Source: Catajapyx aquilonaris (taxonomy: Eukaryota). From it: a DNA stretch of 61,924 bases. The translations under genes were made by a program, and so were the position numbers. The stretch's first letter is position 1; each line of letters starts with the position of its first letter. Under the pieces are notes generated by a model that saw nothing but the letters and a program-made list of their open reading frames with translations, did no database searches and was not told the origin of the DNA. Shown here piece by piece: positions 51,480 through 61,924 of this stretch. Location of the stretch: contig KZ538109.1 of NCBI GenBank assembly GCA_000934665.2, forward strand, positions 62,001-123,924, given 5' to 3'.

Positions 51480-52476
51480 TCATTGTGACCCATTGTGAAG
51501 TGAGAAGAAATTGAGTCGAAAACTGATGTCGTGAATTCTTTACGTTAATGACTGATGGATGTCAATAAAAACTATTGTGACGTAAACATTCAGCATAACT
51601 ATACCTGATTATTCTCCTTCATGTGCATTCCTCATATATAATAGTCACTAAAATGTCCAGGAAAATAATAAAACATACGGTACCGAAGAAAATATGTTAA
51701 TAACATTCCTCCTTTCATGAAGGAAGGTGTGGGTCTGGTTCCTTTGTAAATAGTTAATTTTATTGCTCCTTATTTTCGAATAATAATTTTTTGCATACCT
51801 TATTTGGATTCTGCGACACCATATTATTCAAAGCGGCTGATGTTTTCATTCGAAATCTTCCTAAATATATAGATGTAATTGTTAAAACAATTTCATACGA
51901 CAGCGAATTGGTGGTAGTCTTCTTTGCAAAAATATTCCTGAGCACACTGCGGCGTCATATCCACCACATGTCACTAGACTACAGCGCAAACTGCCACTTT
52001 CACTGAAGGGGAAAATTATTCCAAATGATTCGTGATGGTCCAGGAATGGAAGACAACCCAGGCAAACGAAGATGATATATTTCAGCAGGTTAAATCTTGA
52101 TGTGTGCATTTGAAGGGTATTAATATATTATTCACTCTGTATGTAGACTATGAGATGGTCATACTAGGGAATCCAACAAATTTAAATCAAATATGGCGCA
52201 CAAAATTCTGATTTTGATATTGATTATTTATTGATGATTGCAATGTATTTTGAGTGGCAATTAAAACAATATGGGCAATGTTTCATTTCCAATGACTCAT
52301 ATTATGTATTGCATTTAACACATGGAGTTTCAACGCACAGGATAATCAGGTTTTTAAAAGTATGTTTATATCGCATTTTTATTAACATTCACTAACTCTA
52401 AACATCAGTGTTATTAACTTGGAAATTCACGACATCAGTTATTTATTCAATTTTTTATCACTTTACAACGATCGCT

Positions 52477-54571
52477 CTAGATATTGAAAACTTTTCTAAG
52501 ATGTTTTTCTCCTGCCAACTTTTCAATAGGAAGAGTTTTTCCGATGTTGTTTGCATGTTTCGTGACGAGTATGCCCAGCTTCTTATTCAACTCAGGTTCG
52601 ATGAGACTCAGCACTTCCAAGGTATTTTGGTTAATGAAGGATTCGGCCGCTTCCTCTGCAATGATTTAACGCCATTTAACACCACGTAAAGCAACTAAGA
52701 AAAATGAGGACTATTTGAAGACAGAAACTCACTCAAGATTTCATTTCCTGGGAAGAGATTATTGAATCGGACTGTGGCAGTTTTGGCCTGCAGGTCATCC
52801 ACTGTGCACAACACTTCCAAGTGCTTATTGCCGCCAGCAAGATCAAATTTGGCAGTTCCATTGGCGACACCATTTGCTGCAGTGAATAGAAAAATATTGA
52901 ACATTTTTGCGAATGCTTTACATAGCGGGGTGATATAAGCTACAGACTTACTCAGCTTTCCCCACATGGTTCCATCACCTTGGATGGGAATGAAAGACAA
53001 CCTTGCGTCAATCTTGTATTTTCCTCGCACAAAGAGCTCCGGAACAGTCGCTTGCCAGTGAGCAATTTTGTTGTCGTAATCAACCTCAATCTTGGTCATT
53101 TTAGTCTCTTCCAAGCCCTTGATTATAATGTCCCACAAATCTATATTGAAGTAGCTATTATCGTTTGTGCTGTCTTTCATAGTGAAACTCTCGATCTCCA
53201 GCTCAGTCATGGGTGGCAAACCAAACTCAGGGATACCTGAAAATAGAATGGATTCAAACATTTCATTTTTGATCGGAACACACCGCAAACAATGTACAAT
53301 ATGTCTCAATAGGTCGTGGCCAATTTATCCTGGTCTTGAAGCAACCCTTCACACACACCTCCTCACCGTGGGGCCTGTGTGAAGGGTTGCTTCAAGATCA
53401 GGATAAATTGGCCACAACCTATTGAGACAGATTGTACAGGCTGCACATAATATGAAAATTAAACATAAATATATAAAAGTTAAGTGACAATAGGACTTAC
53501 CGTTTGCAAAGTCCTCGCTCATCTCGTTGATAAGCTTGACAAGGCAAGGTCCCATACCTTCTGGGCTCTCATCTTTGCAGGTAGAAATTACGTCAGCTGG
53601 AAATATGCAGGTTATAAATTATTCCCTATTAGCAGAGTTTGATATGAATTCATGGCACATCATCGCAAATCGAGTGGAATGTACTGAACACCATATAATT
53701 ATTTAAATCAATGTAGATCACAACCCTCTTTTCCTGGTCATTGCTGCTGGCCTCAAAATTAAGGAAAGATTGCTAGATTTATGGGGGAACTACTTCCTGT
53801 TTCCATGTAGACCAAGGCTACTTAAGGTTAGTGCCAGTATGTGGAAGAACCTTGAGAGGTGAGCAAGGCTGCAAGGACTTTGCCTCACGCGAAAGGCTGA
53901 TGGGGTGTCAGGCTGGAGTCAGTGGCTTGCAAATACATGCGCAAGTCATAAAAAGAAAATAATTCATAGAGACTACTTATTGCACACATATTCATATTTA
54001 AAAGAGGGTAAAATCAATTAATATTGCATATATTAAGTAATATAGCGCATATGGCGTACAACAATGCATAATGTTTTTTTAAACTATCAGTTTTAAAAAA
54101 TACAGCAAGGCAAAAAATTGAAATCAAATGTAACCTTTGACAAAATAGTTGAAAATATTTGTACCTATCAGGAAACTCCTGATCTACTGTAGGTACCTTA
54201 CATGGCGAATAATGATATCATATTTTAAAAATTCATACGTGAAATTGACAGCAATTTAGAGGCATGTTAGTCAGCATCTAATAAAGACAGATTGTGTCGA
54301 GTTTTCTACAATGCTGAAGCAATAAGGTAAGTTAATTAATTAGTTCACTAATACTCGAACGTAATAATTCTAATGCCAGCAAGAGTTATTGGAATGCATA
54401 TGAAATGTTTATGAAAGTATATCCGGAGGAAAATAAATATAACCAGTCAAAGCACTGAAGCTGTGACAAAATGACCAAGAAATTCATTCTTAAACATTAC
54501 GAACCTTCTGGGATGACCCCTGCGAAGATGACCGGCACGAGAGCCACTAGTATGCACACCTGGACCTTCAT
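52477..54571 (-). CDS. Takeout/JHBP family protein 7
   Basis: Five exons: MKVQVCILVALVPVIFAG, CKDESPEGMGPC, GIPEFGLPPM, RFNNLFPGNEIL. Confidence 0.9.
53292..53438. repeat. Palindromic MITE-like insertion in takeout-7 intron 2
   Basis: About 62-bp arms TGTACAAT.TGTCTCAATAGGT.GTGGCCAATTTATCCTG.TCTTGAAGCAACCCTTCACAC. Absent from the matching introns of copies 6 and 8. Confidence 0.85.
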
Positions 54572-57500
54572 GATGATTCTGCGAGAGAAGGGTATCTGCA
54601 ATGTCGGCTTTTATTCTCCTTTTCAAGGTGATAAGGTTCTTGTTCTACTTTAATTTCTTTACGTAACATTGTGCATGATACATACCGGAACTTGTAAAAA
54701 AAAATACATGCAAGTCACTAAAAGGAGGCTGCTAAATGCTAACCACGGACTATATGTGGTGATCGGATAAACATTTGCTTCCTTGATAGCTGTCCTTTTA
54801 GAAAATACTAAACCATGTACTGCACGTATGGGTTTATGGATTTCAAACTATTATAATAATTGAAAGCTGCACTAGTGTGACCTTCATGTTCGATTGAAAA
54901 AGTCACCTACGAATTGTTATATAAGTGTGAGTGTAGAAATATAATATAACCTAACTGGCATATAGTTACGAATAGCATTGTGTGATCATGTGTACAGTAC
55001 AGCACGTAACAGAGTTCAAGGCTATTCATGAAGAATGATTAATATCAGTTGAGCAACCGAATGACCAGGTTAAGGTCAATTGAGGTGGTCAGCAGATATG
55101 TGGACGTAAATACAAATCAATCCATCAGGATGCTCAAATTTTCAAAGAGTCATATCGACGCTTAGTTAAAACAGATGATTAAAGATTTAATAATCGCGTT
55201 TTCAAATAATTTATTTAAAGGTTTCGTAAGGTAAATCCGGGGATGGCTGATCATATTGTTATTTTTATGGTATGAATGAAAAGACATTTTAGACAATTTG
55301 TTGTTTGCATTTACAATCCCTCACGCGGCCCAGATTTAAAAGTTGTTAGCAGTCACCTGACTATAGAGTGTGCACAAGGAACAAGATAAGGTTGATAGTG
55401 GAAAGGAGTGAAGTAGATCTTAATCACCATAATGTGATGTGGGGATATGGGAGAGAGAATTCTGAAGGAAAAAATACGCGAAAAATCCCCCATGTGCCAT
55501 AAAACCAGATCACACCCACGATTGTACTTCTAAAAAATATTGTACCAACTTCTATTCAAAGACGAATTTCCTGCAATGCCAACCAAACCTGTCGATATTT
55601 TTCCCGTGCGACATTGTATTAATACGGTACATGAAATATCAAGACTAATTTTCCTGTTCACCGTAATACAGTATAGGTCTATATTTTATCACGTGCTATA
55701 GGCCTATAGGATTTTACTGATTCACTTCTTTTACTTAACCTTGCACTTGAAGGTCAGACATGCAAGAAGTGACACCTTGAATTTTACATTAAAGGCACCC
55801 ATTCTGAGTACTACTACTGTATATTATTACCATTCAATTTTACAGAACAAAAAGCAGTAGAAACTGCGCTGCAACTCATGGCCTCCATATAGTGTCAGTA
55901 GGTCTATATTGACATTTCAAAATATACTATAAACGAAGGGCAGTACACTCTAGAACTGGTACTATATATGACAATATATTGTAGAATAAAATAATGAAAC
56001 AGTGGGTAAGTCTTAGAAGAACTATGGATTCGTACGATTGTTTTGCGTGTTAGTGACCAAAAAATGTCATCTTGACAATAATTTTCAAATCTACGAAAGT
56101 GTCAATGCTGTCAATGTGGAAAATTTCAGGGTTTTTGATGAAGCGAGTAAAAGAAAACATTTTTAAAATGATCAATAATTATTTGAACTTTATGACGAGA
56201 TAAAATAAGCGCAGTTGAGCAATCACGCGGTTAAATACTGTAGTTGGCCTTATAGTTTGATACCCATGCAAAATTTTATTCTACACTATATTGCCATAAT
56301 AACATTTTGTGCAGCGGAATATTCCTCGTTCATATTATCCTTTTCCAACATTCAAATCTATTGTGTCAATCACTTGACATAAAGTAGAGATACATTAACT
56401 CAGTCTCTCTATACAGTATACTCTACTGTATATCTATCGACAGAAATTAACATGGAAAATAATCTTCCTTTTATATGCAATTACATGGAACAACCTTGAG
56501 CTCAGCTCGTAATGTGCATCTGTACAACTGTAAAGCAATAATGGGCGAGTAAATGAGAATAATTGTCTGTCGTATTTAACAACTTAATAATGCAATATTT
56601 CAGTGCTAGAGAAACACCGACTGATATTAAGTGACATCAACTCCTATCGATAGTATAGTAGTTAGTCATGCTCCAAAACCATTTCTGGATCTAGGAAAAT
56701 CATCACGAATGGACCAGGAACTTTTAAACTCCAGACATTTGGCATATTACACGACTACTAAGACAGTTCATTACACTCATGGCGTGACTATCACCTGTAA
56801 TGAGTGTTACCATAGTATGAAATTATGCTACTTTGCGTAACATATTGCGTGCTTATGCATTACACTCAGGGCAGAACTTTTACCGCTATTTTTATTATTA
56901 TGACATATTGCCGTATATTGCTGCATTACTTAAAACCCTGTATCTTCGAAAATCACATAAATTGAGATAATTGAACTGCTCTTTGGAAGCCACACCTGTT
57001 GGTACAAATCCCGTAGGAGAAACCCTTCAATCTATTGAAATGCATATTGCTTGCTTAAGGTGATATTTTATAGAAATAAATGTTGGTTGAACAATTTGGA
57101 AATACCTTACATATAGGGTATTTAATGCCTTTTTAATAGATTATTATGAAAATTATTGTTCGTTAGCAATGTGCGACTCAAAAAATTGGCCATCACATGC
57201 AATATTGTTGTAAATACAGGTATTAAAGATAAAATTCCGCCTCATTTCTAGCAATTTCTATAATGTTAAAATTCATTCACTTATGTCGCGTCTCCAAGTA
57301 TGACAAGAAATTACCACACTGTTCAAATATAAGAAACAATAAAATAAATTATTTTAAAACGTACCAGGACCACACCTTTATTGACAAGTGAAGTAATAAT
57401 AATAATATTGTTATTGTCATTTTCTTCAGCATATTTTATTCCTTTACTGCATATTTACCGTACATATTGCATTCTGATGCATTGGTGTTGTAACACATAG

Positions 57501-57636
57501 GATAATCTTTAGTAAGATGTTTACATGACATTTTTATTGATATTCACTACATCCATCATTGGAGTTATTAACGTGAAAATTCACCACAACCGTTGTCCAC
57601 TCAATTCACCATGGATTTTAATGATCGCTCTACACT

Positions 57637-59390
57637 CTACAGATTGAACGCTTTTTTAAGATGTTGTTCTCCTGCCAGCTTTTCAATAGGAAGAGTTTTT
57701 CCGATGTTATTTGCATGCTCTGTGGCAAGATGGCCTAGTCTCTTAACCAACTCAGGTTCCATGAGACCAATCACTTCCATGGTATTGTCGTTAAGGAAAG
57801 CTTCGGCCGCTTCCTCTGCAATGAATAAACATAAGCCGGCGTTACACGTAAATCAAAATTACGACTCTTTGAAGACAAAAACTCACTCAAGATTTCATTT
57901 CCTGGGAAGAGATTATTGAATCGGACTCTGGCTGTTTCGGCCTCCAGGTCCTCCACTTTGACCACTACATTCAAGTGCTTATCGTCACCAACAAGATCAA
58001 TCTTGGCATATCCTCTGGCGTGACTAGTTCCTGCAATGTAAATAAAAAAATATTGAATGGTTTGACTCAATGGTCAGGTTGGACCTGCCATGTACTGTAG
58101 ACTTACCCAGCTTTCCCCACATGGTTCCATCACCTTGGATGGGAATGAAGGACAGTTTGGCGTCAATCTTGTATTTTGATTGTACGAAGAGCTCCGGAAC
58201 AGTCGCCTCCCAGTGAACAACTTTGTTGTCATAATCGACCACAATTTTGGTCATTTTAGTTTCTTCCAAGCCCTTGACTATAATGTCCCACGAATCTATG
58301 TTGAAGTAACTATCATCGTTTGAGCTTTCCTTCATGGAGAAACTTTCGATTGCCATCTCCGTCATAGATGGCAATCCAAACTCAGGTATACCTGAAAAGT
58401 ATAGAGTTGATCCATTTGGTATTTTGATAGTTAAATGAGGTAAGCCTTATCTTATTTGGAGAATGAACAATGTATAAAAATATAAGTGACAATAGGTCTT
58501 ACCGTCTGCAAAGTCCTCGCTCATCTCGTTGATAAGCTTGACAAGACATGGTCCCATAGCTTCTGGGCTTTCATCCTTGCAGCGAGAAATGACTTCACCT
58601 GGAAATATGCAGAAGGGCAATGCGAAATGTTTTCGAAATATTTGTCACTCACTCTGGTGTAATATGTCAACATTAAGCTCGTGTAAACTAATAATAAGTT
58701 AATGAAGCACACACTTATTATTGAATTTTGGGAAAGGTCACACTTAAGATTTGATATATCCATGATACATAATGACGCATCTGCTTACATTATGCATGTG
58801 TGGAAAAACTTTCGGATAAGACCAAACATTGGGTCATAACACGATGGTCCGTGAGATCGTAAATGACTGTAGTTTTTAGGACATAATGAACAGCATATTT
58901 AAATTAATAAAGATCACAGCCCTTTATTTCAGATCATTTCTGCTGACCTCAAAAAGAAGGAAAAGTCACTAGTCCACGTAGAGATTGTAGACCAAGGCTA
59001 TTGCAGGTTAGTGACAGTATGTGATGCCTTGAGAGGTGTGCAAGGCTGCAAGGTCTTTGTCTCACGCAAAATAAAAGACTCATAGAGGTCAAACCGGAGT
59101 CCGTGTTATGCAAATACACTCGCAACATTTTGGAAGTCAGGCACAAAAGAGCATAATTCATATTTCACACTAATTCATAATTAAAATAGGGCAAAATTAA
59201 ATTGCAAGTGATATTGGAATGTGAATGAAATGCTCACCAAACTACCCATATATTACAGAAAAATAAATAAAATGTCTAAGCAAAATCACCAAGAGATATA
59301 TACTATTTAAAAAAAATACGAACCTTCTGGGATGACCCCTGCGAAGATGACTGTCACGAGAGCTACCAGTAAGTACACCTGGACATTCAT
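57637..59390 (-). CDS. Takeout/JHBP family protein 8
   Basis: Five exons: MNVQVYLLVALVTVIFAG, CKDESPEAMGPC, GIPEFGLPSM, RFNNLFPGNEIL. Confidence 0.9.
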
Positions 59391-60368
59391 GATGATTCTG
59401 AGAGAGAAGGGTGTCTGAAATGTCTTCTTTTATTTGTTTTTTCAAGGTGATAAAATTCTTGTTATACTTTAATTTCCCTACGTAAAACTGCATGATGGGA
59501 ACTTTTATAACAAGACTGACAAAATCACATGAGACTTTTTTCTGGAACGTCGTAAATATGGGAAATGAATGATAGATCGTCCGCATATATCCTGACAGAA
59601 TTGGAATAAAATGAGCGATTGACCGCATAACCGGAAATGTGCGGTCACCTACGGTTGCGGTTGACCATAAAACCTTACACTATTATGCACAGGTCATAAG
59701 ACAATTATTCATTTCAACATGAACAGAATATATTTAAAAATTGAGGTTTTGTGTCACTGTTTGCTAAAGGCTCACAGAGTCTATAGTAACGAAAGTTGTT
59801 ATTTTCCAACCATAATTTACATCCTGAATTTTCAGATTGCATGTAATAAAGCCAATAAAACACTATAATGTCATCACATTTTAGTAGATAATTTCCAAGA
59901 AAATATTTTCATATATTACCGTAACAACCAAATAAAACTTTTCCCCGCGCGTTAAACCACGACTTTTTCCTTATTTTAAAATGTTATAAGCACTCTCCTT
60001 TGTTTACGGGTCCCCATTGCTACCTATAGTACCTCTATATACGTACACGTGACAAAATAGTTGTAATCATCGGAGGTGCAAAACTTAGCAAAATGACATT
60101 TCTATGCATGTCACATTTTGAGAATAAAAAATTCATAGTGACTTATAAATCACTCCAGGTACTCATTCAGTATACTGTACTGGATAATCCACCCGATATA
60201 ATTAGGATTACGTATAGGGTATAACATTCGATATAGTGTACAGTATACATCACATAACAGGGTTCAAGGCTATATTCATGACGAAGAATAATTATTATCA
60301 GTTGAGCAACCGGATTACAAGGTTAAGTCAACTTAAGGTGGACAGTAGCGGAGGGCACGTGGACGTAA

Positions 60369-60614
60369 TCTACATCTACATCTACATCTACATATATAAA
60401 TAAAGCTGTTTGTGATCTGTCTGTCTGTCCGCCTGGAACGCCAACCGTTATTTGCCTGCTATCTGTGGTCCGCCTCCTACACCTCCAACCTCTCCCGTCC
60501 TTCCGACACGGCCTTCCTTTAATGAAGATTCTTAATTACATGCATTTTTTGCATGTCATTTTCAGCTTGCTTTCCATTCATTTCTTCCCGAGAAACGCCG
60601 GGTGTCGCAGCTAG
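60369..60614 (+). mobile_element. Non-autonomous Helitron
   Basis: 5' TC, 3' CTAG preceded by a GC-rich hairpin (CCCG..CGGG), inserted between A and T, with internal (CTGT)n. Absent from the paralogous region upstream of takeout-7 (about 55105). Confidence 0.75.
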
Positions 60615-61699
60615 TTACGAATATGTTCATAAGGATGAAAAATGCTCAAGTGGTGGATCCTATTGTTATTTTCTGACGGTGGAAATGGATTGATTATTAT
60701 TATTATCGGTCAAGAATCCAGTCAAATTATAGATGACTATAGGGCTACTGGTTATAGGTAATCTTTACTTTATGACAGTCATGAAGCCTTGGTATAAATA
60801 GGCTATTAGAAAATCGTGTTTTTAATACTTTAATTCCTTGGCCTGAGTAATCGATGACAATTAATAGGTAATCAAGAACACTGGTTGGGTTGATTCTTGC
60901 TACAATTGTTGGTTACAATATTCTAAACAGATAATAACAAGAATGAACTATTTGTTTGAATTCATGATCCATCATCGGTATCATGCATCCCAGATTAAAA
61001 TGTTATCATTTAAAAGTTACCTGACAAGGAGCAAATGCTGATATAGTGGAAAGGAGTGTAGACGGTAAATTTTTAGAGATGATTTTCCTGCACGGAATAT
61101 TACACAATCATAATACGATATAATTATCACTAGCATGTTACACAGCACAAGTCCACGTGTGGATATCATGTTTTCATTACGACTTACTAGCACGACAGAA
61201 GAGAGACGATGAGAAAGTAGACACTCGAACCAGGTGCGAGCATGATTAAATGGATCGGTAAAAAACCATTTACAACCGTAAAAAAGCGAGACACCTCAGT
61301 TACGATCCTATGACAACCAAATCAGTACTGCACGAAGTGTACTAACAGTACATATTTAAAAAATCCCCTCGTGGCACGTGATTCACAAGATGCGTGTTGG
61401 TATTATTTCAATGTTGCAATGGTAACTTAGCCTGTAAAAAAATTAAACGTGAAATATGATCCTTTGATATCTTGGTCTTACTTGATGATGTTCATGGTAT
61501 ATTATGTAGATATGAGTGTTAATAGGAATCCATGCTAAAATTGGAAATGTTGCCCAATATCTCACCTAATTTCTATCAGGGAATTTGATTCGTGATAGTC
61601 AATTTAGCATGTTTCATTTGCTAATATCTTCAAATCACTATAAAATATTGCAACAACAGAGTGACATCTATTATTGTCTTATGTGCTGTGGCTTGATGC

Positions 61700-61924
61700 A
61701 GGACCACCTAGCTGTAGGCTGGTATACCGGCATCTCAAATTCTACGTGACATGAGGTAGAATTATAGTCCGGTCGAGGAACCGAAACCCGTGAGTTTTTT
61801 GGAGGGGACCTTTTTTTATGATCGCAGATCATTTTTGACATCCTAAGGATGAAATTTAGCGTGGGAGCCATTTTTGTAATCTTGGCGTTTGCCCGCCATC
61901 TTGAATCCAAAATGGCCGCCGGCT
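61700..61924. repeat. Probable DNA-transposon-derived fragment running off the window end
   Basis: CCGCCATCTTG and AAAATGGCCGCC motifs also occur in the 21018-21333 element. No termini visible. Confidence 0.35.

Noticed and set aside
51760..52110. Exon-like minus-strand segments between takeout 6 and 7
   Set aside because: Stops occur in the candidate frames and there is no recognisable product, so neither a gene nor a pseudogene can be supported.
1..61924. CRISPR array, operon or prokaryotic defence system
   Set aside because: No regularly spaced repeat-spacer structure was seen, and the genes are spliceosomal and eukaryotic.

Overview
Eukaryotic, intron-rich arthropod (most likely insect) genomic DNA. 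Gene models below were assembled by hand from GT-AG splice sites and reading-frame continuity. Left to right: (1) three tandem + strand fatty-acid-hydroxylase/sterol-desaturase-family genes, the first 5'-truncated by the window edge; (2) a - strand RUN+FYVE (RUFY) gene with two alternative first exons; (3) a divergently transcribed atypical soluble guanylate cyclase of the Gyc-89D type; (4) a trypsin-like serine protease with an acidic C-terminal tail; (5) an array of eight takeout/JHBP-family genes (seven on -, one inverted on +), interrupted by an intronless LRR gene with a BC-box-like N-terminus. Small mobile elements are scattered throughout: tRNA-derived SINEs, hAT and Tc1/mariner derivatives, a Helitron and several palindromic MITE-like hairpins. 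The most distinctive signal is a recurring proximal promoter module in the takeout array: TATA, TCAAGGTGA (NR5A/ERR-type) and a TTACGTAA-like PAR-bZIP site. No database searches were run, so family calls rest on recognised motifs.
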